Positions 41,155 to 47,918 of a stretch of 64,000 nt of DNA are shown one piece after another. How positions within the stretch are numbered: position 1 is the first letter of the stretch; the number at the start of each line of letters is the position of its first letter. The position numbers and the translations under genes were made by a program. Source of the DNA: Candidatus Onthoplasma faecipullorum. GTDB taxonomy: Bacteria > Bacillota > Clostridia > Christensenellales > UBA1242. A model generated the notes under the pieces. It was given only the letters and a program-made list of their open reading frames with translations, did not search any database and was not told the DNA's origin. The DNA lies in NCBI GenBank assembly GCA_019120295.1, contig DWVI01000005.1:955-64954 (forward strand). Direction: 5' to 3'.

Positions 41155-41972
41155 TGATTACAATAATCTTTGCTCCACCACGTACAGGAAAGACTTGTTT
41201 AATGACACACTTATTAAATATGATTGCGTTTGATAGAAACCGAACACGTGCTATGCAACAAGAAATATTATCTAAAAAACAAAATGGTTTTAAAAATATT
41301 AAGACTATACCTATTCATTGCGTTAGTGCTAATTATGACATTACATTGCGCAAGTTTGGGTATAGTCCACGGCATAGCCGTAGAATCAACCCTTTTAGGT
41401 TGGGTTTTGCAAACAAGTATGTTAAGACGCATTTTAATATACCATTTGAAGCAATAGGAATTACGGAAGGTCAAAAATATTTAAACAGCCGTATGTCAAT
41501 GTATTTTCCTGATTGGCAAAGCCGTTGGTATGAACAGCACGGACACGACGATATAGATATATTTATTGATACTCAACGACCTATGCTTATTGACGTGAAT
41601 ATTCGTGAACTTGCTTGTTTTATAGAAGTTATTTCATTAAAGGTTGAAAATGACGATTATGGAAGAGTTTGCAAACTTACTTGGAAAGTGCGAAAAATAG
41701 AAAATTCTTCACTATTTGATAAGTATATGGCAAGTGGGAAAAAAGACGATAGTTGTTATACAGAAGAAGAGATTGTTGCAGATTATAACGTATTTGCGTG
41801 TTATGATAGTCAATCTTGTAAACCTAAATTTTATCAAGGTCATATGGATGACGATTTTGATTTAGATTATTCAAGTGAAATTGAAGAAACATTGTTGGGT
41901 TATATTAAATTTTTGGAAGAATTTGACGATGAATTACCAGAAAATTTTTATCAAAAAAGAAAAGCGAGTTAA
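41154..41972 (+). CDS. Zot/pI-like P-loop NTPase (inovirus morphogenesis ATPase-like)
   Basis: N-terminal beta-strand plus Walker A (ITIIFAPPRTGKTC), Walker B-like AIGITEGQ, and a HGHDDIDIFIDTQRPMLIDVNIREL block resembling the Zot-family RH.G.D....TQ motif. The start overlaps the stop of the upstream gene. Confidence 0.6.
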   Translation: MITIIFAPPRTGKTCLMTHLLNMIAFDRNRTRAMQQEILSKKQNGFKNIKTIPIHCVSANYDITLRKFGYSPRHSRRINPFRLGFANKYVKTHFNIPFEAIGITEGQKYLNSRMSMYFPDWQSRWYEQHGHDDIDIFIDTQRPMLIDVNIRELACFIEVISLKVENDDYGRVCKLTWKVRKIENSSLFDKYMASGKKDDSCYTEEEIVADYNVFACYDSQSCKPKFYQGHMDDDFDLDYSSEIEETLLGYIKFLEEFDDELPENFYQKRKAS

Positions 41973-41974
41973 TT

Positions 41975-42325
41975 ATGAATTTTAATAAAAATAAGTTAAT
42001 AAATGCAGTTTTACGTAATTATTACAATACGTTTTCTTTTACATTAGATACAAGTGATTTTGTTCCGCAAAAGTTTAATAAAAAAATACATAATTATATT
42101 TATAAAAATATGAAGAAAAAATTTAAAGAGATTGATAAAGAAGATAAAAAATTTCAAAAAGAACTTAAACTTATAAATAAAGTTAAAAAAGAAAAAACGT
42201 TTAGTGTTAAATTATGTTTTATTATGTTAAAGCAAAAACTTAGATATTTATATTTAAAGAAAAAACATAGACTTTTAGATTATAAAGAAAATGAAAATTT
42301 AGAAATTAAAAATGAAGAAGAATAA
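41975..42325 (+). CDS. Lys-rich 116-aa protein, unknown function
   Basis: An ORF immediately after the ATPase; low-complexity basic composition. Confidence 0.4.
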   Translation: MNFNKNKLINAVLRNYYNTFSFTLDTSDFVPQKFNKKIHNYIYKNMKKKFKEIDKEDKKFQKELKLINKVKKEKTFSVKLCFIMLKQKLRYLYLKKKHRLLDYKENENLEIKNEEE

Positions 42326-42363
42326 AATTAATTTAAAAAAAGTTTTTTAATAGTGTTGTGCGT

Positions 42364-42444
42364 TGTGGATTAGTGGGTTAATCGAAGATTTATCCACTTA
42401 TCCATCGATTGTGGTATTGTGGTTAACTTAATAAGTTATCCATC
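42364..42444. promoter_or_regulatory. Cluster of DnaA-box-like 9-mers upstream of Rep
   Basis: Against TTATCCACA: 42390-42398 TTATCCACt (8/9); 42364-42372 reverse TaATCCACA (8/9); 42418-42426 reverse TTAaCCACA (8/9); 42398-42406 and 42436-42444 TTATCCAtc (7/9). Confidence 0.45.
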
Positions 42445-42482
42445 AATTCCACAGTCGACTTGCAACGCGAAGTAAAATCGGA

Positions 42483-42614
42483 CAATTTTCGTCTGCTCGA
42501 AAATTGAGTTTTGGGTTGGGTCCCAAAACGGTCCACCTATTGTGTAAACTATGCTTACAAGTCAAGTTTATAAAGAGTTGCAGTGGCGCGGGCGCGGTTT
42601 ACCCGCCCCGCCAC
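42483..42614 (+). other. Three stable hairpins (candidate replication origin or packaging signal)
   Basis: CAATTTTCG-6nt-CGAAAATTG (42483-42506); GTTTTGGG-6nt-CCCAAAAC (42508-42529); and the GC-rich GTGGCG(C)GGGCG-loop-CGCCCCGCCAC (42583-42614). Confidence 0.5.
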
Positions 42615-42678
42615 TACTCGACAATAGCAACACTTAACGGAATAAAAATTTAAAAAATTATAAGTATTGGAGAAGAAA

Positions 42679-43674
42679 ATGTTAGAAGAAAAATCTACAA
42701 CTTATAATTTATTTACTACTGAAAGGAAATATCGGCAAGATACATTGGTTAGTTATTACTTTCAGAAGAATAAAAAAGTTATAAAAAATTGTTCTCCAAT
42801 AGATATAGACGGAGAACGTTATAGATTAAATCACGAAAGTGGCGAAATTACTACGTATTCTAAAAAAGATATATTGCATTCATATGGTGTTAGTTTACGT
42901 AGAACAAAAATTATGATGGATATGTTGCTAACAATGAATGACTTTGATTGGTTTTGGACTTTAACTTTTGATAAGGAAAAAGTTGACCGAACAAATGATA
43001 AAGTTGTTTTCGATTGTTATAAAAAATACATTAACAACATTAAAAAGCAATATCCATCGTTTAAATATATGTGCTTTCCCGAAAGGCACGAAGATGGCTG
43101 TTTTCATTTTCACTTGTTAACTGCTGGACTCACACCTAAACAAATGGGTTTGGTAGACTCTGGAAAGGTTTGTTGTTCGTGGGCAGAAAAACGTTATAAC
43201 GGAATACGTTCACGTGAATATTATAATCGAACTAAACATTTGCACGAACACGAAATGAAAGAAACTGACGGCGAAACAATATATAACGCAAGCAATTTTA
43301 TTTATGGCTACACCACTGTTAGTAGAATAGTAAGTCGTGAACGTTGTAATAGTTATGTTAAAAAATATGTTGAGAAAGCATTAGGAAGTACTGAAATATT
43401 TAAGAAGAGATTTTATTATTCTTCAAATTTAAATGTTCCAAGTATTGTTAAACGTTTGATTGGTGCAGATTTTGAACACCCCTATGATATAGATAAAGTT
43501 AAAAATATTATTGATAATCCGATTGTTATAAACGCAAAATCTACACCGCATATAAATTACAATGTACTACAAGTGAAAATAGATAACGACATTAAACAAA
43601 ATATAGATAATGGTTTAATTCTATTGTCTGAGAAAGAAATTGAAGAATTAGGAGAGATATATGGGCTTTTTTAA
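42679..43674 (+). CDS. HUH-superfamily rolling-circle replication initiator (Rep)
   Basis: Motif I FWTLTF (42952-42969), motif II HFH within GCFHFHLL (43105-43113), motif III Y-VKK-Y within SYVKKYVEK (43354-43368). The start is placed at ATG 42679 after GGAGAAG (the track starts at TTG 42667). Confidence 0.75.
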   Translation: MLEEKSTTYNLFTTERKYRQDTLVSYYFQKNKKVIKNCSPIDIDGERYRLNHESGEITTYSKKDILHSYGVSLRRTKIMMDMLLTMNDFDWFWTLTFDKEKVDRTNDKVVFDCYKKYINNIKKQYPSFKYMCFPERHEDGCFHFHLLTAGLTPKQMGLVDSGKVCCSWAEKRYNGIRSREYYNRTKHLHEHEMKETDGETIYNASNFIYGYTTVSRIVSRERCNSYVKKYVEKALGSTEIFKKRFYYSSNLNVPSIVKRLIGADFEHPYDIDKVKNIIDNPIVINAKSTPHINYNVLQVKIDNDIKQNIDNGLILLSEKEIEELGEIYGLF

Positions 43675-43900
43675 TAGAAAACAAAAAAAGATTGCTTTAA
43701 AACATTCAAATTTTGTGTTGGAAAAATTATATCATATAAGTGAACAAAAATTGCACTATGCTTCATTATCTGGAAATGAAAAACAACTTAAAAAAGCAAT
43801 GAAACAACACGGCAATTATGAATATGCATTATTGTATAAAAACACACCTGAATATAAGAAGTTGGTTAGAAAAAATTTAAGGAGAAATAATGGAAAATAA
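43661..43900 (+). CDS. Small basic hypothetical protein (79 aa)
   Basis: An ORF overlapping the Rep stop; no motif recognised. Confidence 0.4.
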   Translation: MGFFNRKQKKIALKHSNFVLEKLYHISEQKLHYASLSGNEKQLKKAMKQHGNYEYALLYKNTPEYKKLVRKNLRRNNGK

Positions 43901-44264
43901 TTATTATATTAAACTTATGTTTTCTCTACCAAATAAAATTAAACATATTGATAATTTAATTACAATTCTATCTCGCAACAGTTATCTTTCAGTTGATACT
44001 GAAGCCTGCGTTGATTCTATTAGTAAATATATGTTAGAAAAGCAAAAACTAATAGATAAATTTCATAAATTAACTAATTTTTATTTAAATTTAGATAAAA
44101 AACTTGTTGATTGTGTAAATATGCGCTTTTGTTATCACTACTCAATTGAAGAGATAGTAGAAGAATTGAAAATATCTGAGCGAACTATTATGAGAAGAAT
44201 TTGTACAGTTAACAAAAAATTAAGAGAACTTTTAAATAAGGGGGAAACATATGGAAAACTTTAA
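43890..44264 (+). CDS. Sigma-70 region-4-like HTH regulator (ArpU/DUF1492-like phage transcriptional regulator)
   Basis: The C-terminal VNMRFCYHYSIEEIVEELKISERTIMRRICTVNKKLRELL fits the sigma region 4.2 HTH pattern. Confidence 0.5.
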   Translation: MENNYYIKLMFSLPNKIKHIDNLITILSRNSYLSVDTEACVDSISKYMLEKQKLIDKFHKLTNFYLNLDKKLVDCVNMRFCYHYSIEEIVEELKISERTIMRRICTVNKKLRELLNKGETYGKL

Positions 44265-44922
44265 TATACAAAATGAATTTGATTTTAAAGATAAAACTTT
44301 AAATAATTTGATTTGTGATTTACAAACTTGTTATTTTAATCAGCAAAATAATTTTTGTAAAATTTGTTTTACTATTTTTAAAATAAGTCAATATTTTGAT
44401 AACAATTACATAAATGTAGAACAAAAAACAAATGAATATTATGACAAATACAAATTACTTGCCAAGTTTGGTTTTGATAAAACAGCGATATCTCGAATGA
44501 CTAATTGTTATTTAAAATTTATGACTGGTGGTTATGACGGAAGCGCTGTAAGTTTAAAGTCTTGGTATGAAGGCTTTTCTCCGTCAAAATTGTTTGAGTT
44601 ATTAAAATTATCTAATTTAACTTGTGAAGATTGTATTGATAAAAAATTAATTGTACCATCTATGACTGTTAAAGAGATAAGAAACTATATTAAACAATTA
44701 AATGACGGAAAAGATAAAGCGGAAAAAGTTGTTGAAGAACTTAACAATGACAATGACACGGAAGAGATTCCAATGGCATATAACCCTAAACAACATTATG
44801 ACATCGAGTATTTTGACGGTTTATCTAAAAAGCAGTTAGTTAATTGTATTTGGGAATTGCAAAAGTATTGTGAAAAACTTGCTGGAAAAATAAAAATAAC
44901 TAAGTCTAAGGTGGTGGCATAA
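44251..44922 (+). CDS. Hypothetical 223-aa protein, possible DNA-binding protein
   Basis: FGFDKTAISRM and SPSKLFELLKL segments resemble HTH/ParB-like helices; weak. Confidence 0.35.
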   Translation: MENFNIQNEFDFKDKTLNNLICDLQTCYFNQQNNFCKICFTIFKISQYFDNNYINVEQKTNEYYDKYKLLAKFGFDKTAISRMTNCYLKFMTGGYDGSAVSLKSWYEGFSPSKLFELLKLSNLTCEDCIDKKLIVPSMTVKEIRNYIKQLNDGKDKAEKVVEELNNDNDTEEIPMAYNPKQHYDIEYFDGLSKKQLVNCIWELQKYCEKLAGKIKITKSKVVA

Positions 44923-45170
44923 TGGGAATGTTTGATAATGGTATTTACAAAACAACTGATTATTATTGCACTCGAAACGACTATTTAGACATTTTTAAAC
45001 TTAGTGATATTGATTCTAAATTTATGAAAAAACATCATATATCTGGCACAGTCAAAGAATTTAAAAATAAAGTTAGAAAAAGTAAACCATTTGCAAGAGT
45101 TAAGACTGGAAATTATAGATATAGTTATAGAATGACACCAATTTATGATATAAAAAATTTTAAAAAATAG
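44922..45170 (+). CDS. Hypothetical 82-aa protein
   Basis: An ORF translationally coupled to the previous gene (TAATG). Confidence 0.4.
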   Translation: MGMFDNGIYKTTDYYCTRNDYLDIFKLSDIDSKFMKKHHISGTVKEFKNKVRKSKPFARVKTGNYRYSYRMTPIYDIKNFKK

Positions 45171-45181
45171 GAGAAATTATT

Positions 45182-45346
45182 ATGGAAAACAAATTAAATC
45201 AAATTGAATATATAAACAAATTAGAACTAGAAAATAAACAATATAAACAACAAATAAGTGAATTGTATAAGGAATTATTTAAGATACAAGTACAAGTAGA
45301 TTTTTTAAGTATTAGATTAATGAAATTGAAAAATGAAAGTTGTTAG
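45182..45346 (+). CDS. Small coiled-coil protein, 54 aa; not in the ORF track
   Basis: ATG preceded by TAGGAGA. The translation is MENKLNQIEYINKLELENKQYKQQISELYKELFKIQVQVDFLSIRLMKLKNESC. It is followed by a strong terminator. Confidence 0.45.
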   Translation: MENKLNQIEYINKLELENKQYKQQISELYKELFKIQVQVDFLSIRLMKLKNESC

Positions 45347-45350
45347 ATTT

Positions 45351-45384
45351 AAAAAACTAGGTTTTAATTTGACCTAGTTTTTTT
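45351..45384. terminator. Bidirectional rho-independent terminator
   Basis: Perfect 12-bp arms AAAAAACTAGGT / ACCTAGTTTTTT with a 9-nt loop, between convergent genes. Confidence 0.75.
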
Positions 45385-45907
45385 CTATTTCATAAGCACT
45401 TAAAATTATTTGAAAGTGTTCATTGCTATTGTCAGATAGTTGCATATCAACTAGTGACGCATATGCAAATGCTGGTGTGTCTATATTTTTAATGCGTATC
45501 GAAGAATCAATTTTATAAATTTTTATTTTATTTTCTTTTGTTAAATTGACATATTCTCCATTATAATAAATTGTTAAATTAACTTGTATTGTATACTCTT
45601 CATTATAGATAGGAATTTCGTTAGTAAAGTTCGAGAAGTAACCATTTTTTGATTCTTCTAAGTTTGTTTTATATATTGTGCTAACGATCGAACCATATTC
45701 ACAAATATTATAGGTTTTGTTTTTATAGTCGATTATATCTATTTTTAATTGTCGCATTTCATATGTATTGTTATTATTTGCATTTGTTGACGAAACATAT
45801 ATTTTGGAAACTTGAATATAATCTAAATTTGAATTTTTACATCCAACAATTAAAAAGCAATTTATTAAGATAAAAGCAATTATTAAACTCTTAAATGTTT
45901 TTTTCAT
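45374..45907 (-). CDS. Lipoprotein, unknown function (only minus-strand gene in the element)
   Basis: Signal peptide with lipobox LIVGC (MKKTFKSLIIAFILINCFLIVGCKNS). Confidence 0.6.
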   Translation of the reverse strand: MKKTFKSLIIAFILINCFLIVGCKNSNLDYIQVSKIYVSSTNANNNNTYEMRQLKIDIIDYKNKTYNICEYGSIVSTIYKTNLEESKNGYFSNFTNEIPIYNEEYTIQVNLTIYYNGEYVNLTKENKIKIYKIDSSIRIKNIDTPAFAYASLVDMQLSDNSNEHFQIILSAYEIEKN

Positions 45908-46030
45908 AGATTTAATTCCTTTTTACTAATTATACTGAATATTTTTAACAAATTATTAAATTGACAAAATTAGACAAAATTCGACATTGAAATTATTAAA
46001 AACATATTTTATTATTTATTAGGAGAGATT

Positions 46031-47023
46031 ATGAAACGAAAGATAAAAAGATATTACAAAGTAGCATATTTAGCAGAAGAAAAATATAAAGTATTAAAAC
46101 TATTAAAGCATTCTACAATCGAATTTGTGGCGCATAGGTATCATTGCAGTATACGTTCGATTTATCGTTGGAAAAGACAGTTTAACGGAACTATTGAAAG
46201 TTTAGAGAATAAATTTTCACGGAAAAATATGTTACATCCAAATCGACATACTGACGAAGAAATAAAGCATATAAAAGATTTAATTAGGCGCAACCCTAAC
46301 ATAGGACTAAATGAATTATATGGTAAATTGCGTTTAAATTATTCTTATGCTCGCCATCCTATGAGTTTGTATAATTTTTTGCGTAAACACGGTTGGTACG
46401 GAAACGTTAAGAAGAAAAATAGATATAAGCCACAACCATATGACACACCTATTCATATAGGCGAAAAGTGGCAGTTAGACGTTAAGTTTGTACCACGTAG
46501 TTGTTATGTCGGACAATATAAGGAAGAAAAACGTTTTTATCAATACACAGTTATTGACGAAGCAACAAGGGAACGTTTTATATACCCTTATGAAGAACAG
46601 TGTCCGCAATCTACTATTGATTTTATACAACGTGCTATTGTTTATTTTGGTTATCAACCAAATATTATTCAAACAGATAACGGCGCAGAATTTACATATA
46701 CTAGGCAAACAAAACACGACCAAGAGCATTTATTTGATAAATATTGTAGATTGCATAAAATTGAACATAAACTTATTCGTCCGCGCACTCCGCGTCATAA
46801 TGGCAAAGTGGAACGTTCGCATAGAAGTGATAACGAAAGATTTTATCGTTATCTAAAATTTTATTCATATGATGACTTGTTAATACAAATGAAAGCATAT
46901 TTGCGCAAGTCAAACAATATACCTATCTCAGTTTTGAAATCGAGAGACGGAAAAATTGATTGGTTAACACCAAAACAAAAACGTAAGGAGTTATTATTGT
47001 TAGATTGGGGTGTTCTTGAATAG
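46031..47023 (+). CDS. DDE transposase/integrase, IS481-like (IS3 superfamily, rve core)
   Basis: N-terminal HTH (CSIRSIYRWKRQF) and a DDE core: WQLDVKF, IQTDNGAEF, RPRTPRHNGKVERSHRS. A single ORF of 330 aa, as in IS481-family elements. Confidence 0.8.
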   Translation: MKRKIKRYYKVAYLAEEKYKVLKLLKHSTIEFVAHRYHCSIRSIYRWKRQFNGTIESLENKFSRKNMLHPNRHTDEEIKHIKDLIRRNPNIGLNELYGKLRLNYSYARHPMSLYNFLRKHGWYGNVKKKNRYKPQPYDTPIHIGEKWQLDVKFVPRSCYVGQYKEEKRFYQYTVIDEATRERFIYPYEEQCPQSTIDFIQRAIVYFGYQPNIIQTDNGAEFTYTRQTKHDQEHLFDKYCRLHKIEHKLIRPRTPRHNGKVERSHRSDNERFYRYLKFYSYDDLLIQMKAYLRKSNNIPISVLKSRDGKIDWLTPKQKRKELLLLDWGVLE

Positions 47024-47215
47024 GAACTTTATATTTAATAATTTTTTAAAGACAATCAATTTGTCTTAGTTTTTCATATTGTTTGGGCGAACTTCCCCTA
47101 GGGGAAGTATTAGATAGAATAAAAAAATAAGCAGTAAACAACTAAATTTACTACTTTTTTAAAATTTTTTTAATTTTTTTTAAAAAACTTGTGTCAAACA
47201 GTTGACATATTTGCA

Positions 47216-47240
47216 TTTTTGTTTTTTACCAAAAAAGAAC
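47216..47240. repeat. Right copy of the 25-bp direct repeat (putative att site)
   Basis: TTTTTGTTTTTTACCAAAAAAGAAC, identical to 34493-34517. Confidence 0.85.
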
Positions 47241-47291
47241 AAAAATTGCGATTTATTATGTGAAATAACAAAATTGTATAATTTTACACGT

Positions 47292-47762
47292 TTAATATTG
47301 TTCAGCAAATTTTTGTTTGTTTGCGCGTTCAATATCACGCTGTTTGATTGTTTCACGTTTATCATATAATTTTTTACCTTTGGCAAGGTGAATTTCAACT
47401 TTTAAGTTACCCTTAACAAAATATGCTTTTGTTGGAACAAGTGTTAAATTCTCAGTTTCAATTTTCTTTTTTATTTTTCTAATTTCGTCTTTATGAAGCA
47501 ACAATTTTCTATCTCTTTTTTCGTCATGATTTTTGTTTGTGATGTATGCGTTATCATATGTTTTTATATAACTATTACGTAGAAAACATTCGTCATTTTT
47601 GATATAAGCATAGCAATCAGCAATAGAAAAATGACCCGCGCGGACAGATTTAATTTCTTCACCTGTTAGTACAATTCCTGCTTCAAAAGCATCTAGTAAA
47701 GTGTACTCAAATTTTGCGCGGTTATTTAAAAATAATTTTTGCTTTTCTTCATTTTTTTTCAT
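47292..47762 (-). CDS. smpB: SsrA-binding protein SmpB
   Basis: 156 aa with GIVLTGEEIKSVR, RDRKLLLHKDEI, LVPTKAYF and AKGKKLYDKRE motifs. Confidence 0.95.
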   Translation of the reverse strand: MKKNEEKQKLFLNNRAKFEYTLLDAFEAGIVLTGEEIKSVRAGHFSIADCYAYIKNDECFLRNSYIKTYDNAYITNKNHDEKRDRKLLLHKDEIRKIKKKIETENLTLVPTKAYFVKGNLKVEIHLAKGKKLYDKRETIKQRDIERANKQKFAEQY

Positions 47763-47843
47763 ACAATATTATAAAACTATAAAAATCGTTAGCAACAACA
47801 TCTCAATATTAATTTTTACTAGCAATTTTATTATTTAAATTAA

Positions 47844-47918
47844 TGGAGCTACTGGCGGGAATCGGACCCGCGACCCCCACCTTACCAAGGTGGTGCTCTA
47901 CCCCTGAGCCACAGTAGC
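47844..47918 (-). tRNA. tRNA-Thr (anticodon GGT), CCA encoded
   Basis: Cloverleaf GCTACTG/CAGTAGC acceptor, CCACC-TTGGTAA-GGTGG anticodon arm. The T-loop reads TCCGATT (C at position 55). Confidence 0.85.

Larger units (their letters stand above)
34493..47240 (+). mobile_element. Integrated inovirus-like (filamentous ssDNA phage-like) element, about 12.7 kb, between smpB and ssrA
   Basis: Bounded by perfect 25-bp direct repeats and interrupting the conserved rnr-smpB-ssrA arrangement. Its genes are on the opposite strand to the host genes. It encodes a Zot/pI-like ATPase, an HUH Rep, small hydrophobic coat-like ORFs and a DDE transposase. Confidence 0.7.

Noticed and set aside
41224-41474. 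77-aa (+) and 68-aa (-) ORFs inside the Zot-like ATPase gene
   Set aside because: They overlap the motif-bearing frame completely and have no RBS or recognisable features.
46475-46856. Two ORFs (84 aa minus strand, 122 aa plus strand) inside the transposase gene
   Set aside because: They are alternative-frame or antisense shadows of the 330-aa DDE transposase ORF, which has clear HTH and DDE motifs.
45972-47066. Discrete IS boundaries: AGACAAAATT... at 45972 versus ...AATTTGTCT at 47066 as terminal inverted repeats
   Set aside because: The similarity is short, AT-rich and gapped, the right copy is part of its own hairpin, and no flanking target duplication is present. This is not enough to call an independent IS with defined ends.
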